A stretch of 15,558 bases of DNA from Candidatus Methylomirabilota bacterium (GCA_046726415.1 JBKPAK010000113.1:1-15558); one strand, 5' to 3'. Shown: positions 1 to 12,313, counted from the first letter of the stretch. Notes: generated by a model from the sequence alone, not told the origin. Numbers and translations are program-made.

Positions 1-141
1 GAGATGGTGATGCCGGGGGACAACGTGACGATCACGGGGGAGCTGATCACGCCGATTGCGCTGGAGAAGGAGTTGCGGTTTGCCGTCCGGGAGGGGGGAC
101 GGACGGTGGGGGCCGGCGTGGTCACGGACATCGTGGAGTAG
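1..141 (+). CDS. tuf: Elongation factor Tu, C-terminal fragment (5' truncated by window)
   Basis: Manual frame-1 translation: [46 protein letters not shown], the canonical EF-Tu C-terminus; TAG at 139-141. Confidence 0.98.
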   Translation, partial: EMVMPGDNVTITGELITPIALEKELRFAVREGGRTVGAGVVTDIVE

Positions 142-147
142 CTCGGG

Positions 148-297
148 ATGCGCGATATCGTCACCCTGGCCTGCACCGCCTGTCAGCGCCGGAATTACTC
201 GACGACCAAAAACAAGCGGACGCACCCCGACCGCTTGGAGCTGAAGAAGTTCTGCAAGTGGTGTCGTAAGCACGTTCCCCACAGGGAGACCAAGTAG
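148..297 (+). CDS. rpmG: 50S ribosomal protein L33, zinc-binding (C+) form, 49 aa
   Basis: Not in the ORF track. Manual translation: [49 protein letters not shown]. Two CxxC motifs, NY.T.KN and LELKKFC signatures, and tuf-rpmG-secE synteny. Confidence 0.97.
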   Translation: MRDIVTLACTACQRRNYSTTKNKRTHPDRLELKKFCKWCRKHVPHRETK

Positions 298-314
298 AGA
301 ATGTCGAGGGCTCG

Positions 315-380
315 CTCGAGCGCGGGCGTTGCCCGCGCCACGAGTCGGAATTTCGGAAGCGGCCGGATGGCCGCTTCCGA
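315..380 (+). other. Two GC-rich hairpins between rpmG and tRNA-Trp
   Basis: GCGCGGGC-gtt-GCCCGCGC (320-338) and a perfect 12-bp stem TCGGAAGCGGCC-ggat-GGCCGCTTCCGA (353-380). No U-tract follows. Confidence 0.7.
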
Positions 381-383
381 GGT

Positions 384-460
384 AGGGGTGTAGCTCTAAC
401 GGCTAGAGCACCGGACTCCAAATCCGGGGGATGGGGGTTCGAATCCCTCCACCCCTGCCA
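384..460 (+). tRNA. tRNA-Trp (anticodon CCA), CCA end encoded
   Basis: Acceptor stem AGGGGTG/CACCCCT, D stem GCTC/GAGC, anticodon arm CCGGA-CT-CCA-AA-TCCGG (anticodon 418-420), T loop GTTCGAATC, discriminator G and CCA at 458-460; usual position upstream of secE. Confidence 0.98.
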
Positions 461-493
461 CTTCTCGAGGGGAAGGACGAGGTCAACGCAGCA

Positions 494-685
494 ATGGAAT
501 TCGTGAGACGCGTCCGGGAATTCGTCCAGGAGGTCCTCCTGGAGTTTCGCCGGGTGACTTGGCCCAGCCGCCAGGAGCTCATCAACTCCACGGTCGTGGT
601 CCTGGCGCTCACGGTGATCGTCGCCTTTTTCTTGGGCGGAGTCGACATCGGTCTGTCGAAGATCGTGCAGAGGATCTTGCGGTGA
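494..685 (+). CDS. secE: Preprotein translocase subunit SecE (single-TM type, 63 aa)
   Basis: MEFVRRVREFVQEVLLEFRRVTWPSRQELINSTVVV...: conserved (K/R)VTWP motif followed by one hydrophobic helix. Start moved to ATG 494 because the track start at 431 lies inside the tRNA. Confidence 0.96.
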   Translation: MEFVRRVREFVQEVLLEFRRVTWPSRQELINSTVVVLALTVIVAFFLGGVDIGLSKIVQRILR

Positions 686-1230
686 GCAGTCACACGACCG
701 CGAACAAGCAGTGGTTCGTCGTGCACACCTATTCGGGTTTCGAGAACAAGGTGGCGGAAGGTATCGTGTCCCGCGCCAAGATCTTCGGCATGGGTGAGCG
801 GATCACCCGCGTGTTGGTGCCCACCGAGAAGGTGGTCGAGGTCCGGAACAAGCAGAAGCGCGAAAGCGAGCAAAAGTTCTTCCCCGGTTACGTCCTGGTC
901 GAGATGGAGCTGGCCGACGACACGTGGCACCTGGTGCGCTCGACGCCCAAGGTCACCGGCTTCGTGGGTTCGGGGACCAAGCCGGTGCCGCTGGAGCCCG
1001 ACCAGGTGGACGAGATCATGCGCCAGATGGAGGCGGGGGCGGAGAAGCCGAAGCCCAAGTCGGTGTTCCAACGCGGTGACAAGGTGCGCGTCATCGACGG
1101 CCCCTTCGTCAACTTCCAGGGCGTGGTGGACGACATGAACCCGGAGCGAGGGCGCATGAAGGTGGTGGTGCCGGTCTTCGGGCGGCCCACGCCAGTGGAA
1201 TTGGAGTACTACCAAGTGGAGCGACTCTAG
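682..1230 (+). CDS. nusG: Transcription termination/antitermination factor NusG (182 aa)
   Basis: WFVVHTYSGFENKV, FFPGYVLVEM, TPKVTGFVG, KOW motif GDKVRVIDGPF and FGRPTPVEL. The GTG start at 682 overlaps the secE stop (GTGA), with AGAGGA upstream. Confidence 0.97.
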   Translation: MSSHTTANKQWFVVHTYSGFENKVAEGIVSRAKIFGMGERITRVLVPTEKVVEVRNKQKRESEQKFFPGYVLVEMELADDTWHLVRSTPKVTGFVGSGTKPVPLEPDQVDEIMRQMEAGAEKPKPKSVFQRGDKVRVIDGPFVNFQGVVDDMNPERGRMKVVVPVFGRPTPVELEYYQVERL

Positions 1231-1270
1231 ATGGCGACGTGCGACCGAGTGGAGCGACTCTAGATGGCGA
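1211..1270 (+). repeat. Direct repeat duplicating the nusG stop / rplK start junction (period 33 nt)
   Basis: AGTGGAGCGACTCTAGATGGCGA is exact at 1215-1237 and 1248-1270 (23 nt; 27 nt with one mismatch from 1211/1244). Confidence 0.95.
1231..1263 (+). CDS. Putative 10-aa mini-ORF MATCDRVERL created by the junction duplication
   Basis: ATG directly after the nusG TAG; its TAG directly precedes the rplK ATG; same GGAG and 9-nt spacing as rplK. Translation is unproven. Confidence 0.35.
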   Translation: MATCDRVERL

Positions 1271-1686
1271 AGAAGGTCCAGGCGATGGTGAAGTTGCAGA
1301 TCTCGGCCGGCAAGGCGAACCCGTCGCCGCCGGTGGGGCCCGCGCTTGGCCAGCACGGCGTCAACATCATGGAGTTCTGCAAGGGATTCAACGCGCAGAC
1401 CAGCAGTCAGGAGGGCCTCATCCTCCCCGTGGTGGTGACAATCTACCAGGATCGATCCTTCACCTTCGTGATCAAGACGCCGCCGGCAGCGATCCTTCTG
1501 AAGCGAGCGGCCGGCATCGCCAAGGCTTCCGCGGTGCCACACCGGGACAAGATCGGCAAGGTGACGAGACAGCAGGTCCGCGAGATCGCCCAGCAGAAGC
1601 TCGTCGATCTCAACACCGACTCGGTGGACGCGGCCATGCGCATCGTCGAGGGAACCGCCCGCAGCATGGGCATCGACGTGGTGTAG
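1264..1686 (+). CDS. rplK: 50S ribosomal protein L11
   Basis: MAKKV...[31 protein letters not shown]...KTPPAA...GTARSMGI, canonical L11. Confidence 0.99.
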   Translation: MAKKVQAMVKLQISAGKANPSPPVGPALGQHGVNIMEFCKGFNAQTSSQEGLILPVVVTIYQDRSFTFVIKTPPAAILLKRAAGIAKASAVPHRDKIGKVTRQQVREIAQQKLVDLNTDSVDAAMRIVEGTARSMGIDVV

Positions 1687-1771
1687 CGAGCCGCAGGACG
1701 GCGCGGGGCTGGGGCCCCGCCGTCCGAGGCGAGCCGAGAAGATGGTGTAGCGAGCCGCAGGACGGCGAGCC
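1679..1771 (+). repeat. 25-nt direct repeat of the rplK stop region flanking a hairpin (period 64 nt)
   Basis: TGGTGTAGCGAGCCGCAGGACGGCG is exact at 1679-1703 and 1743-1767; hairpin at 1696-1725; GCGAGCC occurs four times (1686, 1729, 1750, 1765). Confidence 0.93.
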
Positions 1772-1796
1772 AAGAGAATAGTTGAGGAGAGTCGAT

Positions 1797-2507
1797 ATGG
1801 CGCCGGTGGTGAGCAAGCGGTACGACGCGGCGGCGAGCAAGATCGAGAGGGAGCGCCACTATACGGTCGAGGAGGCGATCGAAGTCGTCAAGCAGATACC
1901 GTCGGCCAAGTTCGACGAGTCGGTGGATCTGTCCTTTCGGCTGGGAGTGGATCCCAAGCACGCCGACCAAATGGTGCGCGGCGCGGTCGTCCTTCCCCAT
2001 GGGCGGGGGCGGACTGTGCGGGTCGCCGTGTTTGCCAAAGGCGAGAAAGAGCGCGAAGCGCGCGAGGCGGGCGCCGATGTGGTGGGGGCGGAGGACCTCG
2101 TGGAGCGCATCCAGGGCGGCTGGATGGAGTTCGACACCGCCGTGGCCACCCCGGACCTCATGGGGCAGGTAGGCCGCCTCGGCAAGGTGCTCGGGCCGCG
2201 CGGGCTCATGCCGAACCCCAAGCTCGGCACGGTCACCTTCGACGTGGGACGTGCGGTGCGCGAGGCAAAAGCGGGCAAGGTGGAATTTCGCGTCGACAAG
2301 GCCGGCAACGTGCATGTCTCGGTGGGCCGGCGGTCGTTCGGTCCGGAGCAGCTCGCGGCCAACGCCATGACGGTGATCGAGTCGATCATGCGCGCGAAGC
2401 CGGCGGCATCGAAGGGGACGTATCTCCGGTCGCTGACTGTGTCTACCACGATGGGTCCGGGCATCCAGCTCGACGCCCAGCGCATCGCCAATCAGTTCAA
2501 GAAGTAG
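1797..2507 (+). CDS. rplA: 50S ribosomal protein L1 (236 aa)
   Basis: [55 protein letters not shown] 1797 chosen because of GAGGAG at 1784-1789. Confidence 0.98.
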   Translation: MAPVVSKRYDAAASKIERERHYTVEEAIEVVKQIPSAKFDESVDLSFRLGVDPKHADQMVRGAVVLPHGRGRTVRVAVFAKGEKEREAREAGADVVGAEDLVERIQGGWMEFDTAVATPDLMGQVGRLGKVLGPRGLMPNPKLGTVTFDVGRAVREAKAGKVEFRVDKAGNVHVSVGRRSFGPEQLAANAMTVIESIMRAKPAASKGTYLRSLTVSTTMGPGIQLDAQRIANQFKK

Positions 2508-2526
2508 TGGGGCGAGGAGCGGAACT

Positions 2527-3051
2527 GTGCCGACGCAAGAGAAGGTCACGGCGATCGAGGATCTCAAGACGCGGCTCGAGGGCGTCAACTCGGTGTTTCT
2601 CACCGAGTACCGCGGCCTCACTGTGCAACAGCTGTCGGAGCTGCGCAAGCAGCTGCGCGCGGTGTCGGCGGAGTACAAGGTGGTGAAGAACCGGCTGGCG
2701 CGGATTGCCGTGTCGTCATCGGATCTGGCCGCCATCGCTGCGCATCTCACTGGGCCCACTGGCTTCATCATCGCCCGCGACGAGCCGGTGGCGGTGGCCA
2801 AGGCGCTGCAGACCTTTACCCGAACCGTTCCCGCCCTTGCCATCAAGGCCGGCTTCGTCGAGGGCCAGATGCTCGGCCCTGACGATATGAAGGCGCTCGC
2901 CGATCTGCCTCCGAAACCGGCGCTGCGCAGCCAGCTGGTCGGCGCCGTCCAGGGTCCGCTGGCTCAGCTCGTCGGCCTCTTGGAGCGCGTGCAGAGCGAC
3001 CTCGTCTACGTCCTCGAGCAGCGGGGCAAGGGCGCGACCGAGGAGTCCTAG
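2527..3051 (+). CDS. rplJ: 50S ribosomal protein L10
   Basis: [38 protein letters not shown] start with GAGGAG at 2514-2519; synteny. Confidence 0.97.
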   Translation: MPTQEKVTAIEDLKTRLEGVNSVFLTEYRGLTVQQLSELRKQLRAVSAEYKVVKNRLARIAVSSSDLAAIAAHLTGPTGFIIARDEPVAVAKALQTFTRTVPALAIKAGFVEGQMLGPDDMKALADLPPKPALRSQLVGAVQGPLAQLVGLLERVQSDLVYVLEQRGKGATEES

Positions 3052-3077
3052 AACGTCAGCAGAAAGGAGCCCGTTCC

Positions 3078-3464
3078 ATGGCAAGCGTTGAGGAGATCGC
3101 GGAACAGCTCGACAACCTGAGCCTGCGCGAAGCCGCTCAGCTCTCTAAGTTGCTTCAAGAGAAGTGGGGAGTGACGGCGGCGGCTCCCATGGCCGTGGCG
3201 GCCATGCCCGGGATGCCGGGCGCGGGAGCCGGCGCACCGGTGGTCGAGGAGCAGACGGAGTTCGACGTCATCCTGTCGGCCGCCGGCGACAAGAAGATCC
3301 AGGTTATCAAGGTCGTCCGCGAGCTGACCGGACTGGGACTCAAGGAGGCCAAGGATCTCGTGGACGGCGCCCCCAAGGCGGTGAAGGAGAAGGTGACCAA
3401 GGCGGAAGCCGAGGACATGAAGAAGAAGCTCGAGGAGCAGGGAGCGGCCGTCCAGGTGAAATAG
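3078..3464 (+). CDS. rplL: 50S ribosomal protein L7/L12
   Basis: Ala/Gly/Pro hinge followed by [49 protein letters not shown]. Confidence 0.99.
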   Translation: MASVEEIAEQLDNLSLREAAQLSKLLQEKWGVTAAAPMAVAAMPGMPGAGAGAPVVEEQTEFDVILSAAGDKKIQVIKVVRELTGLGLKEAKDLVDGAPKAVKEKVTKAEAEDMKKKLEEQGAAVQVK

Positions 3465-3519
3465 TCGGAGGGCCTCGACGGCCTCCTTCAAGCTCCCGAT
3501 TTTGCGCGAGGTGCCACAG

Positions 3520-3585
3520 GGCACGCCGGCCCGGCCGGCGTGCCAGGGGCGACAGACTCTGGTGAGGGCGGAGTGAGCGCCCTCA
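3520..3585 (+). promoter_or_regulatory. Structured rplL-rpoB spacer: two hairpins ahead of the rpoB ribosome-binding site
   Basis: GGCACGCCGGCC-c-GGCCGGCGTGCC (3520-3544) and TGAGGGCG-gagtgag-CGCCCTCA (3563-3585), the latter abutting SD AGGAGA (3585-3590). Function is inferred. Confidence 0.5.
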
Positions 3586-3594
3586 GGAGAATAT

Positions 3595-7602
<4,008 letters not shown>

Positions 7603-7926
7603 ATGGAGGCACGTGCAGCAGACATGAGGCCCCGGATGAGAATGGGCATGACCGAGCCACGCGCGCCTCGGACAGCCCATCTGCGGTCCGAACTGACCTC
7701 ACGGCACCCGCGACAAACGGAGCCACGGGTACCTGGAGCGGCCCACCCGCGGTCTGAACCGGGCACCCGGCACCCGCGACAAACGCTGCCACGGGTACCT
7801 GGAGCGGCCCACCCGCGGTCTGAACCGGGCACCCGGCACCCGCGACAAGCGCTGCCACGGGTACCTAGAGCGGCCCACCCGCGGTCTGAACCGGGCACCC
7901 GGCACCCGCTACAAAGGAGAGTGTGA
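7603..7926 (+). CDS. Hypothetical 107-aa Arg/Pro/His-rich tandem-repeat ORF filling the rpoB-rpoC gap
   Basis: ATG immediately after the rpoB TGA and TGA immediately before the rpoC ATG, in the same frame; four 22-aa repeats. Atypical A/T-ending codons and no recognisable domain. Confidence 0.4.
   Translation: MEARAADMRPRMRMGMTEPRAPRTAHLRSELTSRHPRQTEPRVPGAAHPRSEPGTRHPRQTLPRVPGAAHPRSEPGTRHPRQALPRVPRAAHPRSEPGTRHPLQRRV
7651..7914 (+). repeat. Tandem repeat (VNTR-like), 4 x 66 nt
   Basis: Units start at 7651, 7717, 7783 and 7849. By manual count, unit 2 vs 3 has 2 differences, unit 3 vs 4 has 3, and unit 1 vs 2 has 16; no indels and no spacers. Confidence 0.97.
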
Positions 7927-10900
7927 ATGCTGACGGATCGGCCATTCGGCAGCCTGATCAGAGAGGAGAAGCCGTCCCGCGATCTGTGGGGCATCCTCGA
8001 TCGGCATGCGAAGCCCATCACGTTCGACTCCATCCGCATCAAGCTCGCCTCGCCCCAGAAGATTCGCGACTGGTCCCACGGCGAGGTGAAGAAACCGGAG
8101 ACCATCAACTACCGAACGTTCAAGCCGGAACGCGACGGTCTGTTCTGTGCGCGCATCTTCGGGCCGACCAAGGATTACGAATGCGCCTGTGGCAAGTACA
8201 AGCGCATGAAATTCGCGGGGGTGGTGTGCGACAAGTGCGGGGTGGAAGTGACGCGGGCCCGGGTGCGCCGCGAGCGGATGGGGCACATCGAGCTGGCCTC
8301 CCCAGTGTCACACGTGTGGTTCTTCAAAGGGCTGCCTAGCCGCATCGGCCAGCTCCTGGACATGTCCCTGCGGGATCTGGAGAAGATCCTCTACTTCGAG
8401 GAGTATGTCGTTCTCGATTCGCGCATCAACGGGGTCAAGAAGCGGGATCTGGTCTCCGTCGACCGGATGCGGAAGCTCCAGGATGAACACGGTCCAGACG
8501 CCCTCAAGGTGGGGATGGGCGCCGAAGCCATTCGGGAGCTGCTGCGCGACCTCGACCTCGACGGCCTCGCTCGCGATCTGCGGGCGCAGATGCTGGGCGA
8601 GACCTCCGTCCAGAAGCGCAAGAAGATCGTCAAGCGACTGAAGGTGGTGGAGGCCTTTCTCAAGTCGGGCAACCAGCCGGACTGGATGATCCTCGAGGTC
8701 GTCCCGGTGATTCCCCCCGAGCTGCGTCCCCTGGTGCCGCTCGACGGGGGGCGCTTCGCCACCTCAGACCTCAACGACCTCTACCGCCGCGTCATCAACC
8801 GGAACAACCGGCTGAAGCGGCTGATCGATCTCAAGGCCCCGGAGATCATCATCCGCAACGAGAAGCGCATGTTGCAGGAAGCCGTCGACGCCCTCTTCGA
8901 CAACGGGCGGCGCGGCCGGGTGATCACCGGACCTAACAATCGCCCCCTCAAGTCCCTGTCCGACACCCTCAAGGGCAAGCAGGGGCGGTTCCGGCAGAAT
9001 CTGTTGGGCAAGCGCGTCGATTACTCCGGGCGCTCGGTGATCGTGGTCGGTCCCTACCTCAAGCTGCACCAGTGCGGGTTGCCCAAGAAGATGGCCCTGG
9101 AGCTGTTCAAACCCTTCATCCTGCGCAAGCTCGAGGATCGCGGCATCGCCTCCTCCATCAAGGCGGCCAAGAAGTACGTGGAGAAAGAGCGGCCGGAAGT
9201 GTGGGACATCCTCGAGGACGTGATCAAGGAGCACCCGGTCCTCCTCAACCGGGCCCCCACCCTCCACCGCTTGGGCATCCAGGCGTTCGAGCCCATTCTG
9301 GTGGAAGGCAAGGCCATCGAGATCCATCCCCTCGTGTGTACGGCCTTCAACGCCGATTTTGACGGCGACCAGATGGCCGTCCACGTGCCGCTCTCCATGG
9401 AGGCCCAGCTGGAGGCCCAGTGCCTCATGCTGTCGGCCAACAACATCTTGTCCCCCTCGAACGGGGCCCCGCTGGCCGTGCCCACCCAGGACATGGTGCT
9501 GGGGATCTACTACCTGACCAAAGAGCGCCTGAGCTCTCCCGAGCATCCGGTGCGCGGCGAGGGTCGACTCTTCGCCGACGCCGAGGAAGTTCGGGTGGCC
9601 TACGACAACGAGGATGTCGATCTCCAAGCCCGCATGCGCGTGCGCTGGAATGGCACGACCATCGAGACCACGGTGGGGCGGACCCTCTTGAACGAGATCG
9701 TCCCCGAATCGCTGCGCTTCGTGAACCAGGAATTGAAGAAGAAGCAGATCACGGATCTGGTGGCGCGGTGCTACAACAGCCTCGGCAACGAAGCGACGGT
9801 GGCGTTCCTCGACGAGCTCAAGGACATCGGGTTCCGCTACGCGACCCTGTCCGGACTCAGCATCGGCATCGACGACATGCACGTGCCTCCCGCCAAGGAG
9901 CGGCACATCAGCGGTGCCCGGCGCGAGGTCAACGAGGTCGAGCAGCAGTACCAGGACGGCGTGATCACCAACGGCGAGCGCTATAACAAAGTGGTTGACA
10001 TCTGGGCCCACGCCACCGAGTTGATCGCCGAGGACATGTTCCGCGATCTGGAGGCGGGCGAGCAGGGCGGGGAGTTCAACCCCATCTACATGATGGCCGA
10101 CTCCGGGGCCCGCGGCTCCAAACAGCAAATCCGACAGCTCGCTGGCATGCGCGGGCTCATGGCCAAGCCATCGGGGGAGATCATCGAGACTCCCATCACC
10201 TCGAACTTCCGCGAGGGGCTCACCGTGCTGGAGTACTTCACCTCCACCCATGGCGCCCGCAAAGGGCTGGCCGACACCGCGCTGAAGACGGCGGACTCCG
10301 GCTACCTCACCCGGCGGCTGGTCGACGTGGCCCAGGACGTCATCGTCAGCGAGTACGACTGCGGCACCGTGAAGTTCATCGAGGCCACCCCCCTGGTCGA
10401 GGGTGGCGAAATCATCCAGTCCCTCCGCGACCGCATCCTGGGCCGAGTGACGGCGGAGGACGTTCGCGATCCGCTCACCGGCGAGATCATCGTGCAGGCC
10501 AACAACGAGGTCACCGAGGAGCTGGCCCAGAAGATCGAGGAGACGGGGCTGGAGCGCGTGCGCATCCGGTCGGCCCTCACCTGCGACACCAAGCGCGGCA
10601 TCTGCGTCATGTGTTACGGACGCAACCTGGGCTCGGGCCGTCTGGCCGAGCTCGGTGAGGCGGTGGGCATCATTGCCGCCCAGTCCATCGGAGAGCCGGG
10701 GACGCAGCTCACCATGCGGACCTTCCACATCGGCGGGACGGCCAGCGGTCGCGTCGAAACCAAGCACGAAGCCAAGAACGCCGGGACGGTCAAGCACCAC
10801 AACCTGCGCACGGTGGTGAATCGCGACGGCGACCTGGTGGCCACCAACCGCAACGGCGAGATCATCGTGATGGATGACCGAGGGCGCGAACGCGAGCGCT

Positions 10901-12159
10901 ATCCCGTCGTGTACGGCGCCAAGATCAAGGTCAAGCCCGAGCAGCGAGTGAAGGCGGGGACGGTGCTGGTGGAGTGGGATCCCCACACCACCCCCATCCT
11001 CACGGAATTCACGGGCAGCGCGCAGTACGTGGACATTGTCGAGGAGCGGGAGGCCCAGGAGGCGGCCAAACGCGGAGAGGCCGTCAGCGCCACCGTTCGC
11101 GAAGAGATCGACGAGGTCACCGGCCTCGCGCGTAAAGTGATCATCGAAGATCCCAACGCGCGCTTGCAGCCGGGCATCGTCATCCTGGCCCCCGACGGCG
11201 AACGCACGAGCGGTCCTCGCGAGCGTCAGCGCTACCCGCTGCCGGTGGGCGCCCACCTGCTGGTGGCGGACGGCCAAGACCTCTTCGCCGCGGACATCAT
11301 TGCCAAGATCCCGCGGGAAACCACGAAGACCAAGGACATCACCGGTGGTCTGCCGCGGGTGGCCGAGCTGTTCGAGGCCCGCAAACCCAAGGAGCAGGCC
11401 ATCATCACTGAGATCGATGGGCGGGTGGAGATGGGTGGCTTCGTCAAGGGCCAGCGGAAGATCATCATCCGCGCCGACAACGGCGAGGCCAAGGAGTATC
11501 TCATCCCGCGGGGCAAGCACATCAGCGTGCACGAGGGAGACCGCGTCAAGGCCGGCGAGGCTTTGATGGACGGGTCGCCCAATCCCCATGACTACCTGGC
11601 CGTGCTGGGGGATCGCGAGTTGCAGCGATATCTCGTGAACGAGGTGCAGGAGGTCTACCGCCTGCAGGGCGTCACCATCAACGACAAGCACATCGAGATC
11701 ATCGTGCGCCAGATGCTGCGGCGCGTGCGCATCGAGGAAGTGGGCGACACCGACTTCGTAGTCGGAGAACTGGTCGACAAGTTCGTCTTTCAAGAGGAGA
11801 ACGAGCGCGTGCTGAGCCAGGGCAAGCGGCCGGCCACCGCGCAGCCCATTCTGTTGGGGATCACCAAGGCATCTCTGAGCACCGATAGTTTCATTTCGGC
11901 GGCGTCCTTCCAGGAGACGACGCGGGTGCTCACCGAAGCCGCCATCTCCGGCAAGACGGACGAGCTGCGGGGGCTCAAGGAGAACGTCATCGTGGGTCGG
12001 CTCATCCCGGCGGGGACCGGGCTCAGCCATTACACCCGGGTCGAAGTCCTCACGCCCGGGGGCGAGGCCGTGAAACCGCTCGACCAGGTGCTGAGCCTGG
12101 AGCCACTCCCCGATGAGGTGGCCGACGGTGAAGACGGCTCCGTGGCGGCCGCCGTCTAG
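7927..12159 (+). CDS. rpoC: DNA-directed RNA polymerase beta' subunit (1410 aa)
   Basis: [13 protein letters not shown], Zn finger [12 protein letters not shown], catalytic NADFDGD (9349-9369), bridge helix [24 protein letters not shown], trigger loop [21 protein letters not shown] at 7914-7919. Confidence 0.99.
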   Translation: MLTDRPFGSLIREEKPSRDLWGILDRHAKPITFDSIRIKLASPQKIRDWSHGEVKKPETINYRTFKPERDGLFCARIFGPTKDYECACGKYKRMKFAGVVCDKCGVEVTRARVRRERMGHIELASPVSHVWFFKGLPSRIGQLLDMSLRDLEKILYFEEYVVLDSRINGVKKRDLVSVDRMRKLQDEHGPDALKVGMGAEAIRELLRDLDLDGLARDLRAQMLGETSVQKRKKIVKRLKVVEAFLKSGNQPDWMILEVVPVIPPELRPLVPLDGGRFATSDLNDLYRRVINRNNRLKRLIDLKAPEIIIRNEKRMLQEAVDALFDNGRRGRVITGPNNRPLKSLSDTLKGKQGRFRQNLLGKRVDYSGRSVIVVGPYLKLHQCGLPKKMALELFKPFILRKLEDRGIASSIKAAKKYVEKERPEVWDILEDVIKEHPVLLNRAPTLHRLGIQAFEPILVEGKAIEIHPLVCTAFNADFDGDQMAVHVPLSMEAQLEAQCLMLSANNILSPSNGAPLAVPTQDMVLGIYYLTKERLSSPEHPVRGEGRLFADAEEVRVAYDNEDVDLQARMRVRWNGTTIETTVGRTLLNEIVPESLRFVNQELKKKQITDLVARCYNSLGNEATVAFLDELKDIGFRYATLSGLSIGIDDMHVPPAKERHISGARREVNEVEQQYQDGVITNGERYNKVVDIWAHATELIAEDMFRDLEAGEQGGEFNPIYMMADSGARGSKQQIRQLAGMRGLMAKPSGEIIETPITSNFREGLTVLEYFTSTHGARKGLADTALKTADSGYLTRRLVDVAQDVIVSEYDCGTVKFIEATPLVEGGEIIQSLRDRILGRVTAEDVRDPLTGEIIVQANNEVTEELAQKIEETGLERVRIRSALTCDTKRGICVMCYGRNLGSGRLAELGEAVGIIAAQSIGEPGTQLTMRTFHIGGTASGRVETKHEAKNAGTVKHHNLRTVVNRDGDLVATNRNGEIIVMDDRGRERERYPVVYGAKIKVKPEQRVKAGTVLVEWDPHTTPILTEFTGSAQYVDIVEEREAQEAAKRGEAVSATVREEIDEVTGLARKVIIEDPNARLQPGIVILAPDGERTSGPRERQRYPLPVGAHLLVADGQDLFAADIIAKIPRETTKTKDITGGLPRVAELFEARKPKEQAIITEIDGRVEMGGFVKGQRKIIIRADNGEAKEYLIPRGKHISVHEGDRVKAGEALMDGSPNPHDYLAVLGDRELQRYLVNEVQEVYRLQGVTINDKHIEIIVRQMLRRVRIEEVGDTDFVVGELVDKFVFQEENERVLSQGKRPATAQPILLGITKASLSTDSFISAASFQETTRVLTEAAISGKTDELRGLKENVIVGRLIPAGTGLSHYTRVEVLTPGGEAVKPLDQVLSLEPLPDEVADGEDGSVAAAV

Positions 12160-12199
12160 ATTCAAAGGACCATCGCTCAAATCGCCGAGGAGCAGTTGA

Positions 12200-12280
12200 G
12201 GCGGGCCGGAGCGCACGCTCCGCCCGCCGTCGCCAAAATGGCGGTGGGGGTCTCGGGGGAGCGTCGCTCGCTCGCCCCGA
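12200..12280. other. GC-rich hairpin cluster after rpoC (REP-like element or U-less terminator candidate)
   Basis: GGCGGGC-c-GGAGC-gcac-GCTCC-GCCCGCC (12200-12228), CGCCA-aaa-TGGCG (12231-12243) and TCGGGGGAGCG-tcgct-CGCTC-g-CCCCGA (12253-12280). Confidence 0.6.
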
Positions 12281-12282
12281 CG

Positions 12283-12313
12283 TTGACACAGACTGCTCTT
12301 TCAGTTATAAAGT
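12283..12313 (+). promoter_or_regulatory. Sigma70-type promoter for the str operon (rpsL-rpsG-fusA-tuf)
   Basis: Perfect TTGACA at 12283-12288, a 17-nt spacer, then TATAAA at 12306-12311 (alternative TAAAGT at 12308-12313); an AT-rich island in high-GC DNA upstream of rpsL. Confidence 0.85.

Noticed and set aside
56-421. ORF-track calls 56-244 (+) and 161-421 (-)
   Set aside because: They overlap tuf, rpmG and the tRNA in the wrong frame or strand.
431-681. ORF-track starts for secE (431), nusG (559) and rplA (1782)
   Set aside because: They overlap the tRNA, secE or the SD respectively; 494, 682 and 1797 fit SD position and homolog length.
1171-1173. Pro in the NusG KOW strand (VVVPVFGR, usually Ser)
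   Set aside because: A single substitution with the FGR motif intact; it cannot be separated from ordinary variation or a sequencing error.
3467-3503. Intrinsic terminator after rplL
   Set aside because: The stem is weak and bulged, and the TTTT run is short and separated from it.
7651-7914. CRISPR array interpretation of the repeat
   Set aside because: The units are contiguous 66-mers with no unique spacers, and there are no cas genes.
8764-12216. 1150-aa minus-strand ORF and other long antisense ORFs (403-1773, 1443-2846, 3820-5031, 5893-7419, 12305-15001)
   Set aside because: These are antisense shadows of high-GC coding genes; they largely overlap conserved genes and show no recognisable motifs.
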